Source: Candidatus Aenigmatarchaeota archaeon (lineage in GTDB: Archaea; Aenigmatarchaeota; Aenigmatarchaeia; CG10238-14; SCSR01). Taken from it: a stretch of 40,609 nucleotides of DNA. The notes under the pieces are model-generated. The model ran no database searches. It worked only from the letters and a program-made list of their open reading frames with translations, and was not told where the DNA came from. The DNA is taken from contig JAWBTW010000007.1 of assembly GCA_039000165.1 (NCBI GenBank), positions 1 to 40,609 of the forward strand, written 5' to 3'. Below, one piece after another: positions 26,800 through 36,250 of this stretch (its first letter is position 1; each line of letters begins with the position of its first letter). Position numbers and translations under genes: made by a program.

Positions 26800-27438
26800 A
26801 TGGATAAAAAACAACTTGAGATCATTTTATCTCAACTAAAAGAACCTTTACTTCCCAAACCAAGCTTAGAACAGTATACGATTACCGGAAACTTGGCTGC
26901 AGAGATTATTAACCTTGCTTATCTACATGGTGACATAAAAGATAAAGTGGTTTTTGATTTTGGCACAGGCTCGGGAAGGTTAGCTATAGGTGCTGCAATT
27001 TTTGGAGCAAAGCTAGTTATAGGCATAGATATAGACAAAAATGTTATAAGGGTTGCAAAAGAAAATTTGAAAAGACACGAATCTTATGTTTCAAAAAAGC
27101 TACCAGTACATTTTGTTATTTGCGACATAAGGAATTGGTTTGCAAAAGCTGATACAATAATTCAAAACCCTCCTTTTGGTGTTCAAACTAGGTATGCTGA
27201 CAGAATTTTTCTTGAGGCAGCTTTAAGATGTGGAAAAAGAATTTATACTTTACACAAAAACGGAAGGAAAAAAACTAGAGATTTTATAAAAAGATTTGTT
27301 GAAGAAAGGAAAGGAAAAATAGAGCAAATATTAAAATATAAATTTTCAATTCCATATATGTTTAAGTTTCATGAAAAACCAAAAATTAGTTATGATGTTG
27401 ATTTGTACATAATAGAGAAGGGAGAGAATGGAGCTTAG
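26800..27438 (+). CDS. METTL5-family rRNA adenine N6-methyltransferase
   Basis: KKQLEIILS...LEQY, DFGTGSGRL, QNPPFG. Likely start is ATG 26800. Confidence 0.92.
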   Translation: MDKKQLEIILSQLKEPLLPKPSLEQYTITGNLAAEIINLAYLHGDIKDKVVFDFGTGSGRLAIGAAIFGAKLVIGIDIDKNVIRVAKENLKRHESYVSKKLPVHFVICDIRNWFAKADTIIQNPPFGVQTRYADRIFLEAALRCGKRIYTLHKNGRKKTRDFIKRFVEERKGKIEQILKYKFSIPYMFKFHEKPKISYDVDLYIIEKGENGA

Positions 27439-27706
27439 AGTAATAAAAAAAGATGAAAAAACCTTGGAGCTTGAAGTTAGAGGGGAAACTTATACTTTAA
27501 CAAATCTTTTGAGAGAAGAGCTTTGGAACGATAAAAGTGTGATAGAGTCTGCTCAAATAAAAGAACATCCTTACCTTTCAGAGCCAAAAATATTTGTCAA
27601 AGTTTCTCGCAGTTCTCCAGAAACTGCGCTAGAAAAAGCTTGCGATAGATTAATTTCAAAGTTGGAAGAATTAAAAGAAGAATTCAAGAAAGCTTTAAAG
27701 AAGTAA
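27428..27706 (+). CDS. rpoL: RNA polymerase subunit Rpo11 (L)
   Basis: LELEVRGETYTLTNLLREEL...EHP. Confidence 0.93.
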   Translation: MELRVIKKDEKTLELEVRGETYTLTNLLREELWNDKSVIESAQIKEHPYLSEPKIFVKVSRSSPETALEKACDRLISKLEELKEEFKKALKK

Positions 27707-28267
27707 TTACTTAATCATTTCAAAAACTACCATACCGCTTTTTAAATTTTTTAACTCCTTTTTGCTAAGTTTTTTTCTTTTTGCTTTCTCTGAGATTATT
27801 GCAGAATTTCCAAAAGGATCTTTGATTATTACCGTAAACTTTTCCTTTCCTTCTCTCATTCTTTCGATTTTTTTTATCAATTTTTTAATTTTTTCAAGCT
27901 TCTTTCCTTTTTGGATTTTTTGCTGATATTTTAAAATATTTTCTATTCTTTCTAGAATTCCTTCAACGTTAGTTATGAAACCTTCTGCATAGCTTCCTGG
28001 CTCTATTTTAACTCCCAACTCAGGAACTATTATAGTTCCAGAAGAAGCTCTTACTACTTTTGCTGTCAAATCCTTTTCACTTTCTATTCTAATTCTATAG
28101 CTCATCGGCTCTTTTATTTCAACATTAAAAATATCGTTATGCTTAAAGCCGCAATTCTCGCATTTCAAACTTAAAATTAGAATTTTCCCAAAGTATGGAA
28201 TTTCTTCTGTCACACTAGAGAAAATTAAACTTTGTTTCTTACATGCTGGGCAAATAGATAATTCCAT
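27707..28267 (-). CDS. ZPR1 zinc-finger protein
   Basis: CPAC...EIPYFG...CENCGFK, IEPG...EGFITNVEG, DPFGNS. Confidence 0.95.
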   Translation of the reverse strand: MELSICPACKKQSLIFSSVTEEIPYFGKILILSLKCENCGFKHNDIFNVEIKEPMSYRIRIESEKDLTAKVVRASSGTIIVPELGVKIEPGSYAEGFITNVEGILERIENILKYQQKIQKGKKLEKIKKLIKKIERMREGKEKFTVIIKDPFGNSAIISEKAKRKKLSKKELKNLKSGMVVFEMIK

Positions 28268-28300
28268 AAATTCAAATTAGATAAAGAATTAAAATAACTT

Positions 28301-28792
28301 ATGAAATTTTATACTTTAGGCCATAGCACAAGAAACTTAGAAGAATTTTTAGAGATTCTAAAAATTTTTAAAATCGAGCTAGTAATTGACGTTCGTAGGT
28401 TTCCTTCTAGCAAAAAATTCTCTTGGTTTAACAAAGAAAATTTGGAAAAAGAATTATCAAAAGAAAAAATTCATTATCTTCACTTTCCTGAGCTTGGTGG
28501 CTACAGGAAAGAGGGTTATGAAAATTTTTCAAAAAGCAAAGAGTTTTCAGAAGCCATAAAAAAACTTCTAGAAATTGCTGATAATAAAAACACAGCAATA
28601 CTTTGTGCTGAATTATTATGGTGGCGTTGTCATAGAAGATATATAGCAAATACTTTGGCTGAGTTAGGCCACACAATAATTCACATTTTTGATAAAGAAA
28701 AAACTCAAGAGCATAAACCTAAAGATAAAGTGGTTGAGGAAAAAATGAAACTAAGGATTTTTTGTGATAAAAAAGCTAAAAATTTTTCTTAA
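28301..28792 (+). CDS. DUF488 family protein
   Basis: YTLGHSTR, IDVRRFPSS, ELGG, LCAE..WWRCHRR. Confidence 0.92.
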   Translation: MKFYTLGHSTRNLEEFLEILKIFKIELVIDVRRFPSSKKFSWFNKENLEKELSKEKIHYLHFPELGGYRKEGYENFSKSKEFSEAIKKLLEIADNKNTAILCAELLWWRCHRRYIANTLAELGHTIIHIFDKEKTQEHKPKDKVVEEKMKLRIFCDKKAKNFS

Positions 28793-28808
28793 TGTTAGAC
28801 GTCTAACA
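28793..28808. repeat. Perfect 16-bp palindrome TGTTAGACGTCTAACA
   Basis: Self-complementary. Begins immediately after the DUF488 stop codon. Confidence 0.8.
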
Positions 28809-29077
28809 AAAAAGAACAAAAGTTACCATATTTGCTTTTTGATTTTTTCTTCTTCTAATTCTTTTAACGCTAGCTTAATTTGCTGACAACTATCACGTAT
28901 AATTATTTCACTACTCATTAAAATTAAGTAAAACGGATTCATGCAGGCTACGGAAGCTAACACATAACAGGCTTTTTTATAACTTTTTTTAGAATTTTTA
29001 TATTTTTGAAAAAGATAACGAGAATTTTAGAAAGTATAAAGTTCTTCTATAAGATTTTTTTCTCTCATAAGTCTTTC

Positions 29078-30010
29078 CTATTCTTCTTTGGCCTTTTTCT
29101 CCACTTCTTCTTCTATACCAAGTTTTTCAATCAATTCTTTATACCTGTTTCTTATGGTCACTTCGGTGACACCAACAATGTCAGCAACTTCTCTTTGAGT
29201 TCTTTTTTCTCCTACTAAAACACAAGCAATATAAATTGCAGCAGCAGCTACTCCAGTAGGTCCTTTCCCACTTGTTATATCATGTTTCTTTGCTTTCTTC
29301 AAAATTTCTGTTGCTTTTGCCTGAACCTTATCGCTTAATCCTAACATTGAGCAAAATCTGGGAACAAAAGTTATAGGGTCGGCAGGCAAAATTCTTATGT
29401 TGAGCTCTCTAGAAACATAACGATAAGTTCTTCCTATTTCCCTTTTTTCAACTCCACTTGCCTCAGAAATTTCATCCAAAGTTCTTGGGCTTCCAAACTC
29501 ACGAGAAACAGCATAAGTTAAAGCTGCTATTACGCTTTCTATGCTTCTTCCTCTTACCAACCCTTTATTTACAGCTTCCTCATAATACCTTGCAATTCTT
29601 TCATGAATGCTTCTCGGTAGATTAAGAAAAGAAACAATTCTTTGTAATTCGCTCAAAGCAAAGCTTAAGTTTCTATCTTTTGATTTTATCAGTCTTTTAT
29701 GCCATTTTGTTAACCTATAATATTGAGCTCTTTTTTTTGCAGGAACTTTGTAAAGTTCACCCAAACCTTTTCCTATTTCTGTAGTTAAACCTTTATCATG
29801 CTTAGTAAAAGTTAAAGGAGCTCCACCTCTTGCCCTTTTGCTCATTTGTTCTGAATCAAAAGCACGCCATTCCTGTCCTGTGTCAATCATTTCCTCTTTT
29901 ATAACCAAACCGCATTTTAAACAAGTAAGCTCTCCTCTAGAAGGATCTTCCACAATACTTGTACTCCCACATTCTGGGCAAGAAGGCATCAATTTTCTTT
30001 TTTTCACCAT
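29078..30010 (-). CDS. tfb: Transcription initiation factor IIB
   Basis: CPECG...CLKCG Zn ribbon, EWRAFD, GLVRGRSIE, GKGPTG, VTEVTIRNRYKEL. Start could also be 30016 or 30019. Confidence 0.98.
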   Translation of the reverse strand: MVKKRKLMPSCPECGSTSIVEDPSRGELTCLKCGLVIKEEMIDTGQEWRAFDSEQMSKRARGGAPLTFTKHDKGLTTEIGKGLGELYKVPAKKRAQYYRLTKWHKRLIKSKDRNLSFALSELQRIVSFLNLPRSIHERIARYYEEAVNKGLVRGRSIESVIAALTYAVSREFGSPRTLDEISEASGVEKREIGRTYRYVSRELNIRILPADPITFVPRFCSMLGLSDKVQAKATEILKKAKKHDITSGKGPTGVAAAAIYIACVLVGEKRTQREVADIVGVTEVTIRNRYKELIEKLGIEEEVEKKAKEE

Positions 30011-30145
30011 TTTCATCACTTTTGAGTGAAACTCTTTTTTCCGAAAACTTAATAAAATATAAGTCGAAAAGTATTTAAAGCTTTCTCTTTTACCTACATT
30101 TTCGAAATCTTTTTTTTTAGAAAAAACAAAATAATAATAGAGAAC

Positions 30146-30781
30146 ATGAAAGCCTTAGTTTTAACTTTTTTGTTCCTAGTAACCTTAGCAGCAATAGCTT
30201 CAGTAAGTTTAGCAAGACTTGGACCAATTGGAGAAACAGAAAGACTAGCTTTTGCTAACATGATAAGAAACTATCTTTCACCAGTAATCCATGGTTGGGG
30301 TATAGGTTTTGATTGCGAAAGAGATTCTTACATAACAGCAAAGTTCCATGTTCTAAGCGTAAAAATTTTACCCTTTGATCAAGTAGCTTCAATAATAAGA
30401 GAAGAGAAAAATAAGGCTCAGGTTGTGGATTGGTCTGCGGTAAGGGAAAGAGTAAGGGCTGCTATAGATGCTAACGGAACAATAATATCAAAAGGAAGGA
30501 TTTCTATCAATGGAACAAATTATGTGCTAACAAACATAGTTAAAACTGATACAAGCTTTAGTGCAGATATAAGAGAGCTTCCAGATTATTCAAAGTGTAG
30601 GCAACAGAACATTTCTGCTGAAGAATGCGAGCTTCAATCAACAAAAGTAGGAAGCATTAGTTTAGCGAAAGGTGAACCAACTGGACTTCCTAGCGCTCCA
30701 TATCTGTGGAAAGGAAGCCTAGAGTTTAAAGGAATAACTTACAAGTTTGGAGCTTTTGCATATCCCAGGGCGGTAGCATGA
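30146..30781 (+). CDS. Secreted hypothetical protein
   Basis: Signal peptide MKALVLTFLFLVTLAAIASVSLA followed by a beta-rich body. Confidence 0.75.
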   Translation: MKALVLTFLFLVTLAAIASVSLARLGPIGETERLAFANMIRNYLSPVIHGWGIGFDCERDSYITAKFHVLSVKILPFDQVASIIREEKNKAQVVDWSAVRERVRAAIDANGTIISKGRISINGTNYVLTNIVKTDTSFSADIRELPDYSKCRQQNISAEECELQSTKVGSISLAKGEPTGLPSAPYLWKGSLEFKGITYKFGAFAYPRAVA

Positions 30782-31014
30782 ACAAGCTAATTGTTGCTGT
30801 TTGCATAATTGCAGTAATTGCAGTGATAGCTTATTTTTTAGTTCGACCAAAACCAACGTCCCAACCTGCTGTAGAAGAGGCTTACTTAGTGGAAGATTCC
30901 ATAGCTTCTTTACTCCAGCAAGAATTCGAAAAAGTTTCTGTTGATCAGAGTGCTTTTAATGCACAAGTCGAGAATGAAATAGTTAGTAGCCTAAGTATGT
31001 TCTACTATGAGTAA
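30778..31014 (+). CDS. Small N-terminally membrane-anchored protein
   Basis: ATGA overlap with the previous gene. One TM helix. Confidence 0.7.
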   Translation: MNKLIVAVCIIAVIAVIAYFLVRPKPTSQPAVEEAYLVEDSIASLLQQEFEKVSVDQSAFNAQVENEIVSSLSMFYYE

Positions 31015-31052
31015 CTTTTTCTTTTTTATTTTTTTGAGAATAATTGATTAAT

Positions 31053-31325
31053 ATGAAGAAGAAAAAGAATTTGGAAAAAATGAAACCTGTTTTAAAAACA
31101 GCAAGGAAGTTTGGTGAACTTATAGGAGAACTAAGCATCCTGAGCCAGAAAAAAACTAAAAAAGCCATAAGAAAAACTGAAAAGGTTGCTGAAGATATAG
31201 CAGCAACTCTAACAGAAAAAACTAAAGAGGTCGCAGAAGTGACTAAGGAGCTTATTCCTTTAATGATAAAGGAAGTGAAAAAAGGAATTAAGCAAGGAAT
31301 GAAAAAAGCAAAAAAGGGGAAATAA
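31053..31325 (+). CDS. Lys-rich helical hypothetical protein
   Basis: Co-directional with neighbours. Amphipathic helices. Confidence 0.6.
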   Translation: MKKKKNLEKMKPVLKTARKFGELIGELSILSQKKTKKAIRKTEKVAEDIAATLTEKTKEVAEVTKELIPLMIKEVKKGIKQGMKKAKKGK

Positions 31326-31354
31326 TTCTTTAATAAGGAAAACAAATTTTAATT

Positions 31355-31825
31355 ATGGAACTTGGGTGGATGACTTTCATTAACTTCGCTTCTTTTGTTG
31401 GATTAAGCTTTGCTTCACTTTTAATTTTTTATTTCGGTAGGCTATCAAACCCAAAAAGGCAAGTTTCGGTAAATGTTTTTGCTCTTTGTTTAGGCTTAGA
31501 ATTTATAGCTCTTTCTCATCTGTTTAGAGTTGAGATAGAGCCTTTTGCACCAACTTTTATAATAGTTACCTCTCTTATTGGAGTAATATTTACTCTTATA
31601 GGCTCAGTAACAGTACTTTATAATGCTTACGAAATTTCTCAACTTAAAAAAAGATACGAAGAGCTTAAGCTTATGATAGCAACCCTGAGGGAGAAATATT
31701 TCAAGCAAGAAATTTCCGAAGAAGATTTGAAAGCAGTTTATGCTAATATTCTTCGTGATTTAACTGAGATAGAAGTTAAGCTTAAAGGTTCTGTAGAATC
31801 TTTTAACGAGGAAAAGAAGTCGTAA
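31355..31825 (+). CDS. Membrane protein (about 3 TM) with cytoplasmic coiled coil / SHOCT-like tail
   Basis: Hydrophobic N-half, then LKKRYEELK...YFKQEISEE. Confidence 0.75.
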   Translation: MELGWMTFINFASFVGLSFASLLIFYFGRLSNPKRQVSVNVFALCLGLEFIALSHLFRVEIEPFAPTFIIVTSLIGVIFTLIGSVTVLYNAYEISQLKKRYEELKLMIATLREKYFKQEISEEDLKAVYANILRDLTEIEVKLKGSVESFNEEKKS

Positions 31826-31863
31826 ATTTTTAAAAATGGAAAACAAATTAAATAAAAGAGAAA

Positions 31864-32556
31864 ATGAGAGTTCAAACAGGAATCGAAAATTTAGACGAGA
31901 AAATCGAAGGTGGACTTCCTGAATCTTCTTCCATTCTACTGGTCGGCCCTCCAGGCTCAGGAAAAACAACTTTTTGCAACCAATTTATTTATAAAGGCCT
32001 TGTTCAAAACGAAGCAGCTATTTACATACTTTTTAACGCTCCACCCGAAGAGGTAAAAAAAAGTATGGAAAAGTTTGGCTGGCGCATAGAAGGGAAAATT
32101 ATAGTTTTCATAGACGTTTATTCTTGGCAAGTAGGAGGGATAGAAAAAGACACTTATATAATAAACAACCCAGCTGACTTAAACGAGTTTAACATAAAAA
32201 TTTCTCAAGCAATTAAGGATTTGCAGGATAAAAATCTTAAGAGATGCTGCATAGATGCGATTTCTACCCTTTATTTATACGTTCCAAAAGACCTTTGTGC
32301 GAAATTCTCTTCAGTTTTGTTTGCTAAACTTAAATCTTCAAAAATAACTTCAATCTCAACTATAGAAAAAGATGTTATCGAGCAAAAAGATATGGTAACC
32401 TTAGAAGCTTTAACTGACGGAACCATAGAATTAGGTTTTGACCCTACTGCTTATACACAAAGGCTTATGTGGATAAGAAGGTTAAAGGATACAAAACCAC
32501 CTCTAGAAGCTTTAAGGTTTACTATAACGGATAAAGGTATAGTTGTGGAGAAGTGA
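31864..32556 (+). CDS. KaiC/RAD55-like RecA-family ATPase
   Basis: TGIENLDEKIEGGLP, GPPGSGKT, IDAIS, DGTIEL, IRRLK, FTITDKGI. Confidence 0.92.
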   Translation: MRVQTGIENLDEKIEGGLPESSSILLVGPPGSGKTTFCNQFIYKGLVQNEAAIYILFNAPPEEVKKSMEKFGWRIEGKIIVFIDVYSWQVGGIEKDTYIINNPADLNEFNIKISQAIKDLQDKNLKRCCIDAISTLYLYVPKDLCAKFSSVLFAKLKSSKITSISTIEKDVIEQKDMVTLEALTDGTIELGFDPTAYTQRLMWIRRLKDTKPPLEALRFTITDKGIVVEK

Positions 32557-32560
32557 TTTT

Positions 32561-33706
32561 ATGAAAATCTCAACAGGAATAGAAAAGCTAGACGAAATTT
32601 TGGGGGGAGGAGTGGAATCAAATTCTTCCGTTTTACTTTTAACCGGAACGCTAATAGACAAATCAAGCTTTTCTCAGCACATTCTTTCCACGAGAATTCT
32701 AGAAGGAGATAGAGGGATTTACTTAACAACTTCAAAGCCACCTGCAGTTATTCTCAAGAATATGTACGAGCATGGTTGGGAATCCAAGGATATAGTCTTT
32801 GTTGACTGCATTTCTTTTACTCTTAAGCAAGAAAGCGACGCAAAATATGTTCTAAAAACATTTGTCACTAAGCCAGAAGAAGCCTGGGAAAAAACTTTAG
32901 AGCTTTTTGAGCAAGCTTTAAGAGAGACAGAAGGTTTAAAAACTGCAATTTTTGATTGCTTGGAAGTTTTTATGGGCGTGGGAGCAAAAAAAGTAGCAGA
33001 AGGAATTAAAAGATTGAAAAATGTTTTTGAAAAAACAAAAACAACATGCTTTTTCTTGTTTACAAACTGGGGTTACTCAGAAGAAGAATTGAGAGAAGTT
33101 TGCGATGTTATGGATACTGTTATAAAACTCGATACCATCGAAAAAAAGCTTTTGTGGATGAATTATTTCCAGTATGATGATTCACCCAGGATTTTATTCC
33201 AAATAACTCAAACTGGAGTAAACATATATGTTCCAAAAATTTTGGTAACCGGACCTTTCGGTGCAGGAAAATCAAGCACTATTCACTCTCTTTCAGAAAA
33301 AGCTGTTTCTATAGATAAGCTTGGAACAACAATAGCTTTGGACCATGGTTACATAGAGAAGAAAGGTTTAGTTTGCGACATTTTCGGAACTCCTGGCCAA
33401 GAAAGGTTTGACTGGATTTTAAAAATACTAGCAAGAGATGTTTGGGGGGTAATTCTTGTTGTTGATTCTACTAAACCAGAAACTTTTGAAAGAGCAAAAG
33501 AAATGCTTGAAAAAGTTAGAGGTTATGAGATTCCTTTTGTTGTTTTTGCAAACAAGCAAGATTTGCCAGGAGCTTTGAGCGTAGAAGAAATTAAAAAAGC
33601 CTTAGGTTTTGAAGATGTTATAGGAACTTGTGCTGTTAAGAAAGAAGGTTTGGAAGAAGGTTTAAGGCTCTTGTTTGACAAAATATTTAAGTTAAAAACA
33701 ATCTAA
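32561..33706 (+). CDS. Fusion of degenerate KaiC-like domain and MglA-like small GTPase
   Basis: N-terminal STGIEKLDEILGGG with a broken Walker A (TGTLIDKS). C-terminal GPFGAGKS, TTIALDHG, FGTPGQERF, ANKQDL, TCA. Confidence 0.88.
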   Translation: MKISTGIEKLDEILGGGVESNSSVLLLTGTLIDKSSFSQHILSTRILEGDRGIYLTTSKPPAVILKNMYEHGWESKDIVFVDCISFTLKQESDAKYVLKTFVTKPEEAWEKTLELFEQALRETEGLKTAIFDCLEVFMGVGAKKVAEGIKRLKNVFEKTKTTCFFLFTNWGYSEEELREVCDVMDTVIKLDTIEKKLLWMNYFQYDDSPRILFQITQTGVNIYVPKILVTGPFGAGKSSTIHSLSEKAVSIDKLGTTIALDHGYIEKKGLVCDIFGTPGQERFDWILKILARDVWGVILVVDSTKPETFERAKEMLEKVRGYEIPFVVFANKQDLPGALSVEEIKKALGFEDVIGTCAVKKEGLEEGLRLLFDKIFKLKTI

Positions 33707-33721
33707 AAATAAAGTGAGAGA

Positions 33722-34084
33722 ATGGTCGAGAAGAAAGAGCTTGAAGATGTTTTGAAGGAACTAGAAAAGATAGGCGATGTAATAGGTTCAGCTATAGTAA
33801 GAAGAGATGGTTTACTAATTGCAAGCGGTTTGCCAAGTGAAGTAAACGCAAGGGCAGTTGCTGCTATGGCCGCTGCAATAGTTGGTACTTCTGAGACTTC
33901 AACAAAAGAATTAGAAATAGGTGAGTTTCAACAAGTAATAGTTAACGCTTCTGAGGGACAATATGTAGCGATAGGCGCAGGAGAAGAAGCAATACTTATA
34001 GCTTTGCTGAGAAAAAATGCAAATATTGGGCTTATTCTTCTTGAGATGGAAAAAGCAGCAAAGAAAATCGAGAAGCTCGTTTAA
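33722..34084 (+). CDS. Roadblock/LC7 (MglB-like) protein
   Basis: GSAIVRRDGLLIAS...VAAMAAAIVGTSE...ELEIG...NIGLILLEM. Confidence 0.93.
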   Translation: MVEKKELEDVLKELEKIGDVIGSAIVRRDGLLIASGLPSEVNARAVAAMAAAIVGTSETSTKELEIGEFQQVIVNASEGQYVAIGAGEEAILIALLRKNANIGLILLEMEKAAKKIEKLV

Positions 34085-34104
34085 ACTTTTTTGGTGAAAA
34101 CCCA

Positions 34105-34389
34105 GTGAAAGAAAAGAAGACTTATATTAAGATATTGAATAAAATGATAGAAGTTATGACTGAGCTCCTTGGTGAAAAAATTGTTTTAATTTGCGCGAGG
34201 AGATCGCCCTTACTTCTAGACGAAAAAGGAAAAGTAAAAACTTTTTATGGAGAAGGTGAAATTGTTGTTGGGATTCTTTTAAAACAGTTTGAAAGTATTG
34301 TTGGCAGCGTTTGTCATGAACCAATAAAAAAGGCTATAAAACCAATAATAGGAAAAAAGAAAGTTAAACTTCCAGAAGTTTTAAAATAG
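34105..34389 (+). CDS. Small hypothetical protein in KaiC/GTPase/Roadblock operon
   Basis: GGTGA SD, GTG start, ends LPEVLK. Confidence 0.7.
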   Translation: MKEKKTYIKILNKMIEVMTELLGEKIVLICARRSPLLLDEKGKVKTFYGEGEIVVGILLKQFESIVGSVCHEPIKKAIKPIIGKKKVKLPEVLK

Positions 34390-34785
34390 TTATTTTTCTT
34401 TTGTTAGTTTGTAATGAATAGTTAAAGCATAGGTTATTATTACTGCACAAACCGCCATGAAAGCCATTTTAACTAGGATAAAATCAAAGTTTAAACCTAG
34501 AATTGCAAAGAGAGGCGATGGTACACGCATGCTTGCCAATATCTCTGGAAAAGTTAAAAACATAGCTTCAAGAGGCATCATGCTTGGCATTGCTTGAACC
34601 AAAAGAGTTTCATCTATAGAATGAAGGATTTGGAATATCCAGCCTATAGCAAAAACAATAAAGAATTTCTTGTACATTCCACCAAACTTTTTTGCCATGT
34701 AAAGAGCAAAGAAAAGAATGATTAAAGTTATTATTGGCGTGATTATACTCTCAACCATTATAAAAGCCATTATAAATTCCATCAT
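34390..34785 (-). CDS. Small multi-TM membrane protein
   Basis: 3-4 hydrophobic segments with a KKFGG loop. Confidence 0.75.
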   Translation of the reverse strand: MMEFIMAFIMVESIITPIITLIILFFALYMAKKFGGMYKKFFIVFAIGWIFQILHSIDETLLVQAMPSMMPLEAMFLTFPEILASMRVPSPLFAILGLNFDFILVKMAFMAVCAVIITYALTIHYKLTKEK

Positions 34786-35084
34786 TTTTTCTCGCCCTTA
34801 ATTGCCTTGTATATTAAATATAGACCTACAATCATCGGTAAGTACGCAATCATTTCTATTATGTAATGAGCTATAAGATAATAGACAACATTCAACCAAC
34901 CAAAGTAGATAACTGCTAAGTCTATTACCATATAAACCAAAATAGCAAAAAGTGAAAAACCAACTACTTTTAAACCAGCTCCTATAGTACCGCCAATTCT
35001 TTTAACCATAAAGTAAATAAGAATATCATCGATGGCACAGAATATTGCTGTAAGTAAAAGAAGCAAAAAAGCTGAGTCTATCAT
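34782..35084 (-). CDS. Small three-TM membrane protein
   Basis: KRIGG loop. ATGA overlap with the downstream gene. Confidence 0.75.
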   Translation of the reverse strand: MIDSAFLLLLLTAIFCAIDDILIYFMVKRIGGTIGAGLKVVGFSLFAILVYMVIDLAVIYFGWLNVVYYLIAHYIIEMIAYLPMIVGLYLIYKAIKGEKK

Positions 35085-35104
35085 TAATTATTTTTCATTT
35101 TTCT

Positions 35105-35449
35105 TTAAATAAATATTTTTCTAAGTTTTGTACTTTCACTTAAAGCCTTATTCAAACCCATTTTACTAAAACGCAACCAAGAATTATACTTGGAGAAACT
35201 TTAAAACGAGAAAAAACCATCAGTAGCTTTGATTAAAGCATAAGAAAAGCTACCAATTTTAAGTTCCTTGAATTTATAACTGAACTTTTGAATACAGCAG
35301 CAGTAAGTGCTGCTAACATTCTGCTATTAATTTCCGAAGGAAAACCTGAAGCAAGTAAAAAGCCATCAGTTCCTGCTAGAATAAATTTCAAATTTTTCTT
35401 TCTTTTCTTTATTCCCATAACTATTTCTTCAACTCTTTCTCTATTTCAT
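35105..35449 (-). pseudogene. Frameshifted Roadblock/LC7 paralog
   Basis: DGFLLASGFPSEINSRMLAALTAAV matches DGLLIASGLPSEVNARAVAAMAAAI of 33722-34084. Similarity continues in other frames (KELKIGSFSYALIKATDG; KVSPSIILGCV; MGLNKAL...). Confidence 0.75.
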
Positions 35450-35775
35450 TTTTTTTCTGTGATTTCGGCTAAAGTTTTAAAGAAGTAGACAAAACCCAGG
35501 AGAAGAACATAAGTAGCAATAGGACCTAAGGGTATAGGAAGAGTCAAAAAAAGATTTATGAAAGTTCTTGCAATAAAAACTATACTGAAAAATAGTAGAG
35601 TTATAATTAATACTTTAAGCGCTTTAGAAGCAGAGGGATGAAGAAAGACTAAAGTCCAACTAAGTTTTTCGTTTTTCTTCACATTTTTTAAGAATTTGTT
35701 CAGATAAAACGAGAGAAATGAGAAAAGAATTACTACAGGTATTGGAGTAACGATTAGGAATATACTTTCATACAT
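35446..35775 (-). CDS. Small three-TM membrane protein
   Basis: Hydrophobic segments. Overlaps both neighbours. Confidence 0.7.
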   Translation of the reverse strand: MYESIFLIVTPIPVVILFSFLSFYLNKFLKNVKKNEKLSWTLVFLHPSASKALKVLIITLLFFSIVFIARTFINLFLTLPIPLGPIATYVLLLGFVYFFKTLAEITEKK

Positions 35776-36250
35776 ACTTTTTCACCCTTCCTAGCCATCT
35801 ACTAAACACAAAAATCGTAGCTAGGGAAAAAAGAATGGAAGAAAAAAGGAAGCTATCACCAATCATTTCATTAATTCTTTTATTCCCTACTGGCGGAATA
35901 ATGCCAATCGCTATAGGAATACAGAGCGTATAGAGGAGCCAACAAATCACACATATCACAGAAACATAAAACATAACTTTACAATCTTCTGTCATTTCTT
36001 CTGATTTTAAAAGAAAAGTAACCATGGATATTTCTTCTTTCGTCTTTAAAAGCCTGTATAGGTTAAGAGATATGAAAAAACCTATACAGCCTAACAGGGA
36101 AAAGATTAAGTTTTGAAAAATGATAGAAAAATAATAACTTCCCTCAATTCCATGATTATCCTCTATATAATAGTAGGCATACTCAAACGGTAAAAAAATG
36201 ATTAAAGAAACTATAAAAATTTTAAAAAACAACTTTGAACTTTCTTTCAT
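35768..36250 (-). CDS. Four-TM membrane protein
   Basis: Likely start is ATG 36250, overlapping the nob1 TGA. Confidence 0.7.
   Translation of the reverse strand: MKESSKLFFKIFIVSLIIFLPFEYAYYYIEDNHGIEGSYYFSIIFQNLIFSLLGCIGFFISLNLYRLLKTKEEISMVTFLLKSEEMTEDCKVMFYVSVICVICWLLYTLCIPIAIGIIPPVGNKRINEMIGDSFLFSSILFSLATIFVFSRWLGRVKKYV

Noticed and set aside
30016..30029. TCACT-N4-AGTGA hairpin over the tfb SD region
   Set aside because: Only 5 bp. Expected by chance.
34190..34215. GCGA-GGAGA-TCGC mini hairpin
   Set aside because: Within an uninterrupted ORF, with no central helix or bulges.
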